Positions 13,635-26,710 of a DNA stretch of 64,000 nt are shown piece by piece. A program made the position numbers and the translations under genes. The notes beneath the pieces were generated by a model. That model was not told where the DNA came from, made no database searches, and worked only from the letters and a program-made list of their open reading frames with translations. Position 1 is the first letter of the stretch. Each line of letters opens with the position of its first letter. Origin of the DNA: Balanoglossus misakiensis. Its lineage: Eukaryota > Animalia > Hemichordata. The stretch spans positions 8,316,232-8,380,231 of the forward strand of contig CM082589.2 of assembly GCA_040954595.2 (NCBI GenBank), written 5' to 3'.

Positions 13635-14281
13635 GGGAGCATTCGTTTTTTACAGGGAGGGGGGGGGGCGGTGGAAATCAGGGGGGGGGGTTTACTTTTA
13701 CAAAGCAGTTTTTAGGGGGGACAAATTTTATAATCAAGGGATTATTATATAGGGACTGAAAGGGGGGACTTGAAAACTTTGACGGCTAAATATTTATTTT
13801 GAGTCCACAAAAATGCAGTTTCGCGTCCTTTATTTTACAAAATTTTCTAATGTGGGAGGGGGACACCCCCTCCCACACCCACCCCCTTCATTCATCAACA
13901 CCTTTCAATCATTGACTGGTTTATCTAGTGTTCCAGGTCAGGGGACTTGCCCCCACCCCATGATAACTTTGAGCAGCGACGTTAATTTGCTTTTGCTGGG
14001 TTCATTAAAATGCAGCTTTGAGCTCTGTATTTTATAAAATTTTCTTACGTGGGAGGGGGACACCCCCTCCCAAACCCACCCCCTTCAATGTGGTATGTCG
14101 AACATACACCAATATCTGACAAAGTTTGATAAGTTTAATCCGGTGGATAAACTTTTTTTTTGTTGGGGGGGGGGGGTCACATTTTGGAAAAGTAATTTCC
14201 AGGGGGGGGTTGCCTTTTACATTTAGTCGGCGACTCAAATTCCACCGGCCCCCCCCCTCCCTGTAAAAAACGAATGCTCCC
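13635..14281. mobile_element. PIF/Harbinger-like MITE, copy 2 (inverted relative to 2010-2750)
   Basis: Same TIRs, TSD TAA (13632-13634 / 14282-14284). Confidence 0.85.
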
Positions 14282-14721
14282 TAAGGTGATAGACTCGTTG
14301 ATAGACTGGGCAGAGGTAGTACAGAGCGCCCGCTACGGACTATTCCTTGCAGCTTGTAACGTTTGTCATCCTACGGCCTCGGGTAATAGCATGTGATTCT
14401 GGTAACTCACAGCCCCTCGGGGGTAATAAACGACCGCTATGGCCCTCATGGCCAGGCAATAGGTGTTCAATATGAAGCCCAGTAAGCATAATCAGTAGGT
14501 AAATATGAATTCTAGTAAATACACTTCAATATATGTGCTTTGACCGAGGGATGGTATACGTGAAAACCGATGCACAGATTGTAACCTCTCTCAAACAATA
14601 GTGTCTTATTGTGTATCATTATACTGAATATATTTTAAATATCGCAAAACGTGCACTTTTCTGTCAGACTGGAATGACCTGTCATTTTTCGGTCAAAGCA
14701 CGACAAGATGCACAATGAGAT

Positions 14722-14999
14722 TTATTCGCTGTCTTCCAGCTTGATCAAAAGTCCACAAATAATCACACAGCCGCGCCGTTTGGTGAACCACTCCAGCTCC
14801 TGATTGCTGAACCTGGGATCGATTTCCGATTCTGCTCCGATAGTTTCCGGACCAACTGTGTAGCTATTTGGCATGACCCTAACCTGGATGGCTACTTTTG
14901 CCGAATATATTTTCTCAGTGGCTCTGTACCTGAAATGCAACAAGTGCAACGAAGCATAAGACAAAGTAGAACGTTATGAGTATGTCTGTCTATCCGTCC

Positions 15000-15045
<46 letters not shown>

Positions 15046-18000
15046 ATGTATGTATGTATGTATGTATGTATGTATGTATGTATGTATGTATGTATGTATG
15101 TATGTATGTATGTATGTATGTATGTATGTATGTATGTATGTATCAATGTATCAATGTATCTATGTATCTATCTATGTATCTATTTACCGTTATGCCACAC
15201 TAGCTGCAGGTCAAATACTCAATTGTCAGTATTTTTCAGTGGTTCAATTTACATTACACATACAGAGGCACACATACATCTCACTAACCTGCTAGGAAGA
15301 GCATAAGCATCGTGTCCAGAGTATCTAATACTAGGAGAGAGAAAAATCTGTTTTGTATCGAATCCATCAGGCTTGCGTTCTTCTGAGAAATGTCCTGGTT
15401 GCTCCCCTAACTGCCGGCCTTCCATTTCTATATCACCTGAAATTCAAAAGAATACATGGTTGAGACTAATGTGTCTTTCAGTATACTACACCGCACGAAA
15501 AAGTAAACTACAAAACAACAAAATAGATAAACCCATCTTTTTCTTAAATTTAATTTTCCCAGTGTTGCTCGCATTTCTCAAAACCATACAACGAAACACT
15601 TCGTCAACTTGTATATTGTATAGTGATAACAACATGCACTTTTACAGAAATTTTCTTTGCTTCTTAGAAATGCTAGATAGAGCCTTCTCACACTCCTGGC
15701 ATGCTGAGATTGTGGTATCAGAGAGTGAGAACAAATCGATCCCACACTCTCACAGAATGCAGTGGGTCATTTAAAAAAATCATCCGGTCACCCGTTCTTT
15801 TAACCTTCTATTGAGCCTACTGTGCATCAGAATTTACAGAAACAAATTCTTCACACACTTCTCACCTGGCATTAGTAGATCACCACATTCTAAAATTGGT
15901 TTGACAGCATTCAAACGAGTTCCATGGAATGCCACATGCCACTTTTCGAATACGTCCAAAGCGGGGGCTCTTCCCGACAGTCTGTTTTCGGAGAAGACAA
16001 AGATACTTCGTTAACATCATTAACTGTAAGAGATAATTGTCAGCGTATCACGGAAGCCAAATTTCCAGCATAAGTTAACAATATTGGCATCAATTATTTT
16101 TTTAAGTGTGATTCAATGTGGAGAGCTTTAACTTATGATCCGTATTCAAACTATTCTGAATCATCATGCTATTCCCACAAAACATCACATATTATGCTTT
16201 AATTTTGCGTGCCAAATGTAACTTTGGGGCATAGGGCATAACCCAAGTAAGCTTACATGGCCTAATTTGGTAAATATTAAAATGAATTCATAAATTACAT
16301 ATCTCGATAATCAAGTTGTGAATAATTAAACATTGTTACTATTAGTTTATCTCTTGATCGAAAACGAAAACATGTAGGCATATGTCCTATAATGTCAATG
16401 TATGCTTCAACTACCTCTTGACATCAGGGAATCAACAAACCTGGAGACTTTCAAAAGAAAACTGAAAACTCATATGTTCGAAAGAGCATACAGTGTGGTT
16501 TAACCATGAGCGTCATTGGGCAAAATTTCTTTTTGGATTTTGGCGCTATATAAACTTTGTTGATTGAATTATCAGACTGCCACATAAACAAGAACTTCAG
16601 AGGTGGGTGTCTCCGAATTTGCATCAATGGGCAATTCTACAGAGGCATATTGCTTCGTTTAAACGTAAAGTAGATTAGCATATTGTTTATATACAAAGTG
16701 CACATTGTTTAAATATATTATACTAATGACATACATGTATTTAATTGTGAATATTTAAAACTTACTTCAATGCAAACCGACACCAACCAATTGGTAGACC
16801 ATAATCTTTTGGCGGCTCACCGCGCGCGTAATAAAGGTCATTTCCTCGGACAATATGACAAGAATTGCAATAACACATATCATGTGCTGGCGAGAATAAT
16901 GCATCTGGAATGGAATAAATGGGCAGATACTTTAAATAAGACAAGACAGCCCAAGAAATAACATATTGCTTCGGAGTACTGAGATGCTGTTGAAAATGCC
17001 ATTTGCTTATTTTAACGATACATGTTAGTGTCGTCATGGCATCCATTTTAGAAGCTTGTTATTAAACGATTTCCTTTCTGTTCTGGTGGACCGCTCTCCG
17101 TTCTCTATTTACACTTTAAGGATGATATTCTGATAAGCTCTCTCCCCGAAAACTTTGATCTTGTGGGGAACAGTTAATTCCAAGTAGACTGCAGTTGATA
17201 ATTTTAAAAGAAGTAGAAAACACAATTCAGCTTAGGCCCAAAAAAATAATATGTGCTGTTCCGATTACACGGTTTTCAAAAATAGGGTAGGTAGGTATAG
17301 GGAATTTTTCATTTTTTTAATTTCTCTGGCCGCCGTAGTGTAGAAGAATGACGTCATAGTTCTTGCGTGATGCGCGCAATTTTCATAAATTTTGTATATT
17401 TGACATCGTTATTTTTACTTCCGGGTATACGAAGCTCTATAATGTTTAGGGTCGGTGGGCTTAAATTAGGGTAGGTCAGCAATCTGATTAAAATCAGATG
17501 TAGGGAACGGCGACTTTGTTTTTTTTCATGCTGTCGGGACAGCATAAAAAACACGTCGCCGTTCCCTACATCTGATTTTAATCAGATTGGGTAGGTCAGG
17601 TAATCGGAACAGCACATATTTTTTGGCCTCATAACTTTTAACGCCAATGATGTCTTGAATCGTCGACATACCTCTTGATATTCGCAGCGAAGGGCGGAAG
17701 CGCCGAATATATATAAAAGACCCTTTCGAACTGTATAAATGAAATTGTGAGTGAATGTCTGATTGTTTCAGTATTTATGACTCGGAAATGGATTCTTTTT
17801 TATTCGATAATCCCCAGCGCGGGGAAGTGAGTAACGAAGGTTGCAAAGTCGCACAAAAGTGTTCCTTTGAGTGACCATATTTCCATCTGAAGTATCGCGG
17901 AATATATTAATTTCTAAATACATGAAATAATATACACAGGTTCTGGTTGTATACGTTTCGGATACCAATTTTAACCGATATTCGTTGTGTTTTTCCCATG

Positions 18001-21000
18001 ATTTTAACATGTAACTCGTCAACAGTGGAAACGACATTGAAGACCTGTCATCTGACTCTGTGGAAACTTTCTGCTAGCATTTCCCCTGCTTGCCGTCATT
18101 GTGACACGTTTCGTTGTTTATAAAATTATAAATCCGTCTTTTAAGACGCAAAGCAAACACTCCCAGTACATAAGCAATGTGATCTTACCGGAATGACGTA
18201 TTGGGGATCTTAGTAACATTGTCGCTCTCTCTGCCGCTTGTTGTACGGCCAGTGTGTCACTCTTTTCAAGTGTAGACAGGGTTTCCAAGACATCATATTT
18301 TGTCGCTATGATCTTTCGCGCAGATTGAAGTTTGCAAAGTGTGGCGATGGTGTTGATGGCGCACTCTTGCTCAATGGGAATCTTTGATCCCGTTAGCTTC
18401 TGCAACAATGGAACGATCCCTTCGTCTACCAAAGTCGCCTTGTTTCTGTCGTTGATGGCGAGGCTAGCGAGGCCAACAACGATCTCGAAGACCCGGTACC
18501 CTTTACATTGTGACGATTTGTCATCCATTTTTGCATCGAGAATACGGAGGAGGTGTTGTATGATACTGCGATCAGCTTCCATTACGTTTTTCGCGCCACT
18601 CTCGCTTAGGCCGATATGTGACAGAGTAAGAAGGGCCACTGTTTTGGCGTCCATGTTGTCGTCTGGTGTTTTTATGTACGGCGTGATCTTCCGTATAGCG
18701 CTGTGTTTATGGTAGATTGGTCTGTTGTCGGCAGCCATGGAACACTTGTGAAGTACGACCAGTGAGCCCAAAATTAACATTTGAATTTTCTGTCGGCAAA
18801 TGATGCAAACTAGATTACATGGTCAATTTGATTAACCATAATTTAATCGTGGAAGATTGCAAATACCCCTATAGAGATAGTACCCTGTAAAGTGAATATG
18901 TGGACCCCTTTGACCTAAGTTAACCCCATTATAGGCTAGCCCATAGAGCTAGAAATCTGTTTTTGTTGGACAAGGACCAGTATGGGACCAAAAGGTATTG
19001 GCAAAGTTTTGGGTGACCTTGGGCCGACCCTCGGCCTATACTCCATATAATTATCTCAGCATCAAGACCATACACTGAGATTTGTCATTTTCAGCGATGA
19101 AACATCTAGTAGTATCTTATCCGTTATTTTGTAAGTACCTAATTCTAGGCTTACAAATACAACTGGGAGTATGTTCATTTGTAAGGCATTGAGAGTAAAT
19201 ATCTCGCCAAAATGAATAAACGGTAAACACTGATTATTTATTTCAGCGAGTTTTTGCACTCTCGTGTCTACACGTGGGATGGAAGTTGCGTGTGGTTGAA
19301 CGTTGATTCACTATATATCCATATGTAGAATAACATAAATGGTGTTTTGTATCAAACATAATTAATGGAAAAAGGGCAGCGAGAGGGACACTTTAAAATG
19401 TAACTAACCTCATTGCTGGCATAGCTGTCGCGATATTTCTCAAGATTGTCCAACAAATCGCACAAGAGGCCACATTGACCACACTGCCTGGCCATTTTTA
19501 AACTAACATCAGAGCAATTCGCTAATGCAGAAAGAACTACATTGATGGCATTCCATTTGCGTTTCGCGGAGTCTTCTTCGTTCATCAGATCACCAAGGAT
19601 GGATTTCAGCTTTTCAGCTACACCAAGGTTTGCGAGGAGATCACCGAACTGGTGATTGGCGAACAGAGAGGGCGGCTGTGTCAGTAACAGATCCACCAGC
19701 CTTATGGTATGGTCCATGTCAAGTTTGGCAAAGTCCAGCAGTACCAAAGCAAACTTTCTCGTCTTCATAATCACAGAATCTGGATCCGTTTCGTAGTTAG
19801 TTAAGATGTTCGGTTGATCGAAATCTGTGATCGACAACTTTTCTTCCTCGTAATCCCTTTCTGAAAATGTCAAAGAATTCATCAAAAGTCTGGTAATAGT
19901 TCGAAATAGCGCCCCTAATGCTCAGCGAATAACTGTTTTCAAAATCACACAAATATATATTAGTCTTACATAAATGGTTCATAAATTCAACAACTTAATA
20001 AGCATAATGCAAAACAGTTATCCGTTAATGTTAGAGATAAATCTGACCTCCGGTGACTTACAGAATCCATTTTAACTTCCTGCTTATCACATATAAAACG
20101 CAACGTGGGTTGACTCGATACATTTAGCATCTCACTGGACCTCATCCCAAAAAGTTATATTGACAAAACTCTTTCTTTCAAGAACAAAACGCAACTAAAT
20201 GTACTTAAGACAACACAATGATTCTCACAGTGATCTCCGTTACTGTAGGATCATCTTCCAAGTGACTTTCGTACTGTGCCCAAAGAAATACCTTCATATT
20301 CATCCAAAAACTATTCTCGTCATTGGCCATCAGTGTAGTGGCTGACAGGTGTACTATAACTATATTTTCTAATTTGACGTTTTATTTCAATGTCTATCGC
20401 CGTTCAGAAATATTGAACATAAATGCTCACCGCAAATAGTGACCCCGTCAGTTCTGCCAAATAAATCGACCACGCAGTAGAGCTCGTCTGTATTTTTAAC
20501 GCCAAGTTGCCGTAAATCCATTGTGCAAACTTCATGTCCATTCAGACGCAGCTGAAGGACGCCCTCTTCCGATGTCGCCATGCCAATTGTATCGCCGATC
20601 TGAGAATTAAAGAAGGATAATTCATTAGAAGTATCCCTCGGCAATAACCGGAACGAGTCGTTACTGTTGTTTTCTGAGAAATTGCTTGACCGTTCAAAAC
20701 TTTCGGAATTCTGATCACCGTATTTGGCCATTGTAGCAATAGACGTTGACTGTCCAACTCTTCACTGCCTAATCTTTCTACTTGTGACGTAACCAGTGAG
20801 AACAATAAAGGGCTTTCTCACGTGCAATGATTAGGGCGCCCTTTTCGGGATTATAAAAGTTGGCAAACATTTCTTATCAGCGACTCAAATAGTTTTGCAT
20901 TCACATGTGTATAAAAGGGACGGGATCACCGCACTCAATGCGTCCACAGCAGAGTGGCTAAAGGTCACAATGGCGGATTCAGTGATGTGTTTACTGTATA

Positions 21001-22952
21001 TGTAGCTCTGGACTTATACCCAAACAGCGTATACCGTAATCTATCCTTCGGTTCGACCAGGAAAAAATAATTATTCTTTACAAAAAGATGAAACAATGGG
21101 GGTAAAAATGAGTCAAAGTGCCAGAACCTCGGACATTTATGCAAATTAGGTTCAAATAGGCTTCATGGTGCGATTGAAAATCAAGGACACATTTCGCCAC
21201 TTGTCCCATTTGTTGTTCCACATCAAATAAATGGAAGATCCGAGAAAATCCACACTTTTCCAGTTTTTGTACAGTCATCCTATAAGTATAAGCGCTTCTA
21301 CGGTACCGCCTGTGAGTCTTACAGCTTTGAAACCAGTGCGTAATATACTAGTAGCATGACTCCATGCTAGTAGTAAAAGCATACCGGGATGTGGGAACGC
21401 TTTGAGTTGGTCCCTTGGGACAAAGACGTTTTTAATTTATTCACGCACAGGGATGTATTTTTAGCCAGACAATGGCAAGACCTAGTTGCCTAGCAATTAT
21501 CACCATGAACTTTGCTACAAGTTTCACTACCACTTCCACTGGGCGTCTCAATTTTTTCAGGAGAGCCCCAGCTGCAGTAAGTTCCGACTACCTCAAGGCT
21601 TTGCCTGTAGGTTTTGGGGCTCCTCATTTTACTGATGACCATCAGCAACAAGGCAAATTGACCGTTGACTAAGCAAGGTGCTAAACATCGCTCTTTTCAG
21701 AGGGGTAATTTTACATGCAAGCTCATTAGAAACTGCCACTTTGTATCCCCTCAAACCGCGTCGGCAGAGTGCGTTTAGATCGGCGTTTAGTGCGGTGTTT
21801 CTGTTCACACGTGATTTGAATCGCTGTTTAGTGCGGCGCCCCGACCCAGGTCCCACCCCTCAACACCGTCACAAAAAAAGAGCGGCGCAGGGCCGCTCTC
21901 ACCTTTTCACACGTGGCACTTACAAATTAACGCCGCCCTAGCACCGCCGCTGGGGCGGCGTTGACGGCACGTGAGAAAGGCACTATAGACTGCACTCGCA
22001 CTGGTAGCTTCTAATGGGCAAAGTGTTCTCTTTCTCTAGCATTTTTTCAGCCTTCGCTTGAGCAAATGAAAAGTGAATAAAGATTTGAGCTCAGAGAATA
22101 ATTGGACACCAGAAACAGACTGGAAATTGTAAGTAGCATATTCGTTTCAATTGACATTTATCATGAAAGGTTCGTGTCACTGGCGTGTGTAGCTAGCAAG
22201 TAAAAACTGTTAGTTATCTTGGATACAGTCAATCTAAAGTCAAGGAAACTCACATAAAAAACTGTTACTCTGGGCAAAGAGGTGACATAATCTATGAGTC
22301 AACACTTACTGTACAATTTTCTAAGTCGTCGTCAACTGTCTTTTTCACGTCGCCATTGTAGAGTAATGTATTTCCAGACCACATAAGAGTCTTGCCTTCT
22401 TCCCAGCGTGACATAATGCTCGGGAAATCCAAACTCTTGTTGTATGGTGACATCGTCGTCACTCCAACGTCAATGCTTCCAAACCACTTGTTCACCGTCG
22501 ATGAAACTTTGACTTCGAAACATTCGCTTGGAAGCAAGGGTCTGTCTGTTATTACGACCCCGTCACCGAAACATTCCCTAGGTCTGTGAATGTGAAGAAC
22601 GGTAAATAAGAATTATGTTGTTGCCAACACAAAAACGCGACATCGGCACCCATCCTTGGTTGTCATAGAAACTTCACGTGCTCAGATTCCTTCGTACATG
22701 TGTATATAGTTGTACCCTTAGACACGTACACCTACTCAAAATGACATCATGCATCGGTCATTCTGTACTAGGCAAATACATTGTACACATTTTCGATTCT
22801 CACCGGTTTCTTTTGGCCATTGTTCCATTTTGACTTATTTTTACATTGGCACCACATCTTGGATGAAAGCAGTAATATGCATCTCGTGCATGGTGTAATG
22901 TTATCATCGGAGTCGGTGTCGTCTTCCGAAGTGTGTCCGCTTCCCTTTCCAT
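14722..22952 (-). CDS. NHR (Neuralized) domain + ARM-like helical region + NEURL4-type ADP-ribosyltransferase domain protein, ~783 aa, 10 coding exons
   Basis: Exons 22952-22804, 22583-22310, 20599-20431, 19860-19409, 18789-18189, 17730-17635, 16904-16766, 15981-15866, 15436-15289, 14929-14722. NHR motifs FHPRCGANVKIS..AKR, GVVITDRPL..FEVKV..WFGSIDVGVT, LYCVVDLFG. ARM-like LASLAINDRNKATLVDEGIVPLL. NEURL4 C-terminal motifs CEYQEVCRRF, CYCNSC..RGEPPKDYGLPIGWCRF, WHVAFHGT, FLSPSIRYS, QVRVMPNSY, DPRFSNQELEW. All introns GT-AG except the donor after 17635 (TT). Confidence 0.8.
15001..15143. repeat. Compound tetranucleotide microsatellite (TCTG)n(TATG)n in an intron
   Basis: Direct inspection. Confidence 0.95.
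17235..17628. mobile_element. Harbinger-like MITE (GGCC termini) carrying a nested foldback insertion
   Basis: TIR GGCC(C)AAAAAA..TATGTGCTGTTCCGATTAC / GTAATCGGAACAGCACATATTTTTTGGCC, TTA/TCA flanks. Homologous to 12498-12775. Confidence 0.75.
17480..17589. mobile_element. 110-bp foldback MITE with 10-bp TSD
   Basis: CAATCTGATTAAAATCAGATGTAGGGAACGGCGAC…GTCGCCGTTCCCTACATCTGATTTTAATCAGATTG, TSD GGTAGGTCAG (17470-17479 / 17590-17599). Relatives at 53649-53860, ~56035-56079 and ~60133-60210. Confidence 0.85.
20810..21983. mobile_element. Possible non-autonomous Harbinger-like DNA transposon in an intron
   Basis: Imperfect TIRs AGGGCTTTCTCACGTGC / GCACGTGAGAAAGGCACT, subterminal TTCACACGTG repeats and a GC-rich right end. 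TSD unclear. Confidence 0.5.
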
Positions 22953-25603
22953 CAGTTCTATCGTGTTCCTCAGACCAATTTCCTGTGAATTGTTATTTCA
23001 ATATTTATCATTTTGCTCGCATGTGTTCATATATAGTTGTACATGTAACGTGTATACTGTCCAATGTAGTGGGGAGTAAGAAAGATAATCCACGTACAGA
23101 CCCCCCCCCCCCCAAATGCATTTCACGGCACTACTTTCGAAGTTGGAGTTCGTTTGTCACACAGAAATTGATTTGGCGAATTCAATGTTGAGTGAGTAGC
23201 AGTGGTTATAAGCTAATGGGGGGGGGGGGGAGGGTCGCCCGCAAACGCAAAAACACATTTGACACACATCTCGACACCCCCCCCCCCTCCACAAGTCGCT
23301 TTACACCTGTCGTGGCCCTTATTCCGTGTCCCATTGAGAGTACGGAGCATATTGCAAGACTATTAACATAATGCGAACTAACTGATGTCAGAATGCAAAT
23401 GTTAACCAAACATAGGATAAAAATAGAATTGTGCATTACATTATTCCGTTTCCTGAACAATGTGAAAGAACATTGTTTTTTTACGTCGTGTAAATATTTA
23501 TCAGGGCGTGTATTTTATCAGAAAACTAAACACGGTAACGATTTTGGGGCAACTTACTTCCGTGTTCGGAATGACCTCATTATAGCAGCATACACGCACA
23601 AGAGTCAACAGGTGCCAGCAAATAACTACATGTATGACCCAATAGCGCCTACAGTTTCTTATATTATAACCTGACAGTACGGCATACTGACCGGTATAAA
23701 ATTGCTGAGACATTGTTTTCTTGGGAGTTTCGAAGCACCTATTTCGTTTTACGAAGCATCTCGTCTCACGTGGTCTGTTCATGATTGTAAATATGCATGA
23801 ATTTTGATGGAAATGACTAATTTATCAGCAAGCAACTTAAAAACAAACAGTGGAAATCTACCATAACGAAGAGTTAATTGATTACAGACTACTGCCAAAT
23901 ACGTATGTATTTTCCCGGTAAAATCTATACAACAACAATAGAGATCCGGCAGTTTGGTATACCGCTAAGTGGGCGTCGATTGCACGAACCTTCAGGTTTG
24001 CAGGCTTACTCCGCCTATCTTAAGCAAACTTAGACTCCCAATTAAGGGTTTTTTCAGTGCATGACTTCATAACTGGCACCTCTTTCGACCTGAGTCTGAC
24101 GTCACCATGGTATCGCAGAATTCGTCGGACACACTTACCTTGCACGTCTTGCACAGACTTTTCACATGAATAATAACGGTATGTGAAGTTTGGGTCCTTA
24201 AAATGGTGTGCGACCTCTAACCTTATTTTGGACAACCATCGAACGATGATTCATTGCAAATTCAACAAAGTGTAAATAAAGTACTTGAAGTATATAGCTT
24301 GTGTACATTCAGTACTTGCATGTACGGGGCCTGGCGGTTTCAGTAAATATTGGGCTGAGTAATTGTGGCTGGGTGACATTTATTTCCCAAACTCTCCCAA
24401 GTATAGGCTGTTGCTCCAAGTGGAATTGTGGCGTGGCTGTCAGAATCGCCAGCATTAAAATAACACGTGTCGAGACACAGAAGTTTAATCTGGACACTTT
24501 CCACTGATGTACCAGAAAATAACCTATATGAAGTAGTTTTGAGTTAGCGTGGTGAGTGACGCAGCATGGTAACCACATTGACCACAATCAACATGTTAAC
24601 CGCAGAAGCCACATTCGACAAACAAAACAAACACAGATCAATTTCGCTTCAAAAAGCTTGTACTTGTTCCACAAGTACAGTGATGGGGCAGTTTCAAGTG
24701 CTGCAGTGATGTAAGCATTTTCTTTCGTCGAAAGACACTTTAATATAATGAGGATATGGCGACAATCAGGGCACCGGGCATTGCAGATTTGAAGCACAGC
24801 GTTGTTTACAAAAATTTACGTTGTTGACATATTGACTTATATATTTTTTTTAACTTCCACAAGAATTGGCATACTTACTGCACTGATCGCTTTTTCCATC
24901 TTAAAGTGATCCGACACCTTCCTTGTAGAGCGATTCTAATAAAATATTTGTGAAAAACATGAGTGATTTGCGTCGTTTTTATTCACTTTCACTTATCGCG
25001 CAGCAGCGTAGCGTCGATCTCGATATGCAGTGTGACGTCACAGACTAGTCACCAGTAGCAGACGCCACCGTGCGCACGCTAACGAACACAGACAGTTGAC
25101 ATGGCTGGCTGCCTCGCAAGTGGGAGCAAAAACAGAGTTGGGAAAAACACGGCGAAAGGTTTTATAAAAGTTCCCGACCCTTCGGTGGACAGTCAAAATG
25201 CAAATCGAGCTGAAAAACAGCAAAAATTGTCGAAACAGCCGGGGCTCCTGTTTTCCTTTGATCACCATATGACGAAACCGAATTTTTGGCACTGTAAATC
25301 AAAACTCTGATCGGAAGAAAGTAGTGTGGCGGAAATAGGCCTACTAGTGAACACTGTTTTTGTCGCGTACCCAAGCTGTGAATGCATCGCAAAACCATTT
25401 CCAAAGACAAAAACGACCACGCGATATGGAGTTTTCAAACGAAGATATCGTCGGATTTTTGTACGAACCCGAATACAGCAGCGATGAGATTGGAGGCGAC
25501 TCAAGTGAAACTGATTCCAATAGTACAGAGGCAAGTGTAGACAGCAAAGACGATCGAGAAGAGAGATCGGCTTCGTCAGAATTTTCAAAAATAAATTCAC
25601 TAT

Positions 25604-26710
25604 GTATGTATATATATCGTATGACTAACGAGGCGATATCCATAATATCAACCGAGGACGAAGTCCGAGGTTGATATTATGGATGACGCCGAGGTAGTCA
25701 TACGATATTTAACATACACAACGAGTGAAAGGTGCAGGCCCCTCTACAAGTAAACACCCCTCAACCGACAATACAGTGTTTAAAAATCTTTTGTATAGAC
25801 CCTAAGCGGTTGATATCAGCCTAACTTTCAAAATGGTATGGTCCTACTTACGGAAAGTATTTAATTATTCAGCGTTTTGCACCTGGGATGCATATATTAC
25901 CTAGTTCAACCAATTATTGTTTAGTAATAAGCTCACACGCAATGTTTCTTCCAATTGTATTGGCTGTGCATGTTTTACACATGCACAATGGCATATATTA
26001 TAATATAAATCCACGGCCACGAGGCACAATTTCTTTCTACCTGAACGTGTCATAGTGGCAGCATGGCGCATGAGGTGTATCCCGATTTTTCTGATATCTC
26101 TGATGAAGAGTTAATTGAAGCCTCACAAGCAGCAGAATATTTGAACGAGCTTGGCTTCGAAAATATGGATATAGCAGTCAGCAGCATTCCTTCGGTGAGT
26201 CACGAATTCTTTTATTCATTCCGCCATTTTCACCTTTTTATCGTGTACGTTGTCGTTGAACATGCACGTAAGACTGTATATTGAATCATTTTTTATTTCG
26301 TTAAAGGACATTCCCAGAAGGCGGTTTGCTGACCCAGTGTCGGATTCCTGCGTACAGGGGGTTGCAAAAATTCCATTCCCAAGAATACTCAACGCCAGAA
26401 TATGTGGGCGCTACGGACTTTCAACGAATGGGCCATGGCCCGAAATGTTACATTTTGTAGTTTTGTATGCATTTTTATTTGGAGGTAGGTCGTGATATTG
26501 TCTCGAGGCGTAGCCGAGAGTCAATATCACGACCGTACCGCCAAATATTCATTTTCGAGGCATGATGGCTGAAATTTCACGAGACGAAGTCGAGTGAAAT
26601 TTCTGCTATCATGCCGAGAGTTCAATAGGTTGATATCACCCCACCCCAAAAATATCACCTCAAAATGAGGTTGCTCTCTAAAATATCAACCGCTAAATCT
26701 ATTGTACTAT
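25604..26710 (+). mobile_element. Non-autonomous Crypton-like element with hairpins at both ends
   Basis: Flanked by the direct repeat ACTAT (25599-25603 / 26706-26710). Hairpins at 25603-25718, 26476-26547 and 26552-26622. Contains a truncated Crypton-like N-terminal ORF. Confidence 0.65.
26063..26447 (+). pseudogene. Truncated, intron-containing Crypton/DUF3504-type N-terminal fragment
   Basis: Exon 26063-26194 (GTGAGT donor), then from ~26307 DIPRRRFADPVSD..., a 1-nt frameshift, then SIPKNTQRQNMWALRTFNEWAMARN. This matches the RF…P.NT…WA…F.EW…RN motif of Crypton-derived proteins. Confidence 0.6.

Noticed and set aside
14892-15306. MYVC/HTYI repeat ORFs
   Set aside because: Translations of an intronic (TCTG)n(TATG)n repeat.
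24020-24235. 71-aa ORF upstream of the NHR gene
   Set aside because: Its GTAAGT donor (~24138) joins the next exon without an in-frame ATG, so it is more likely a 5' UTR exon.
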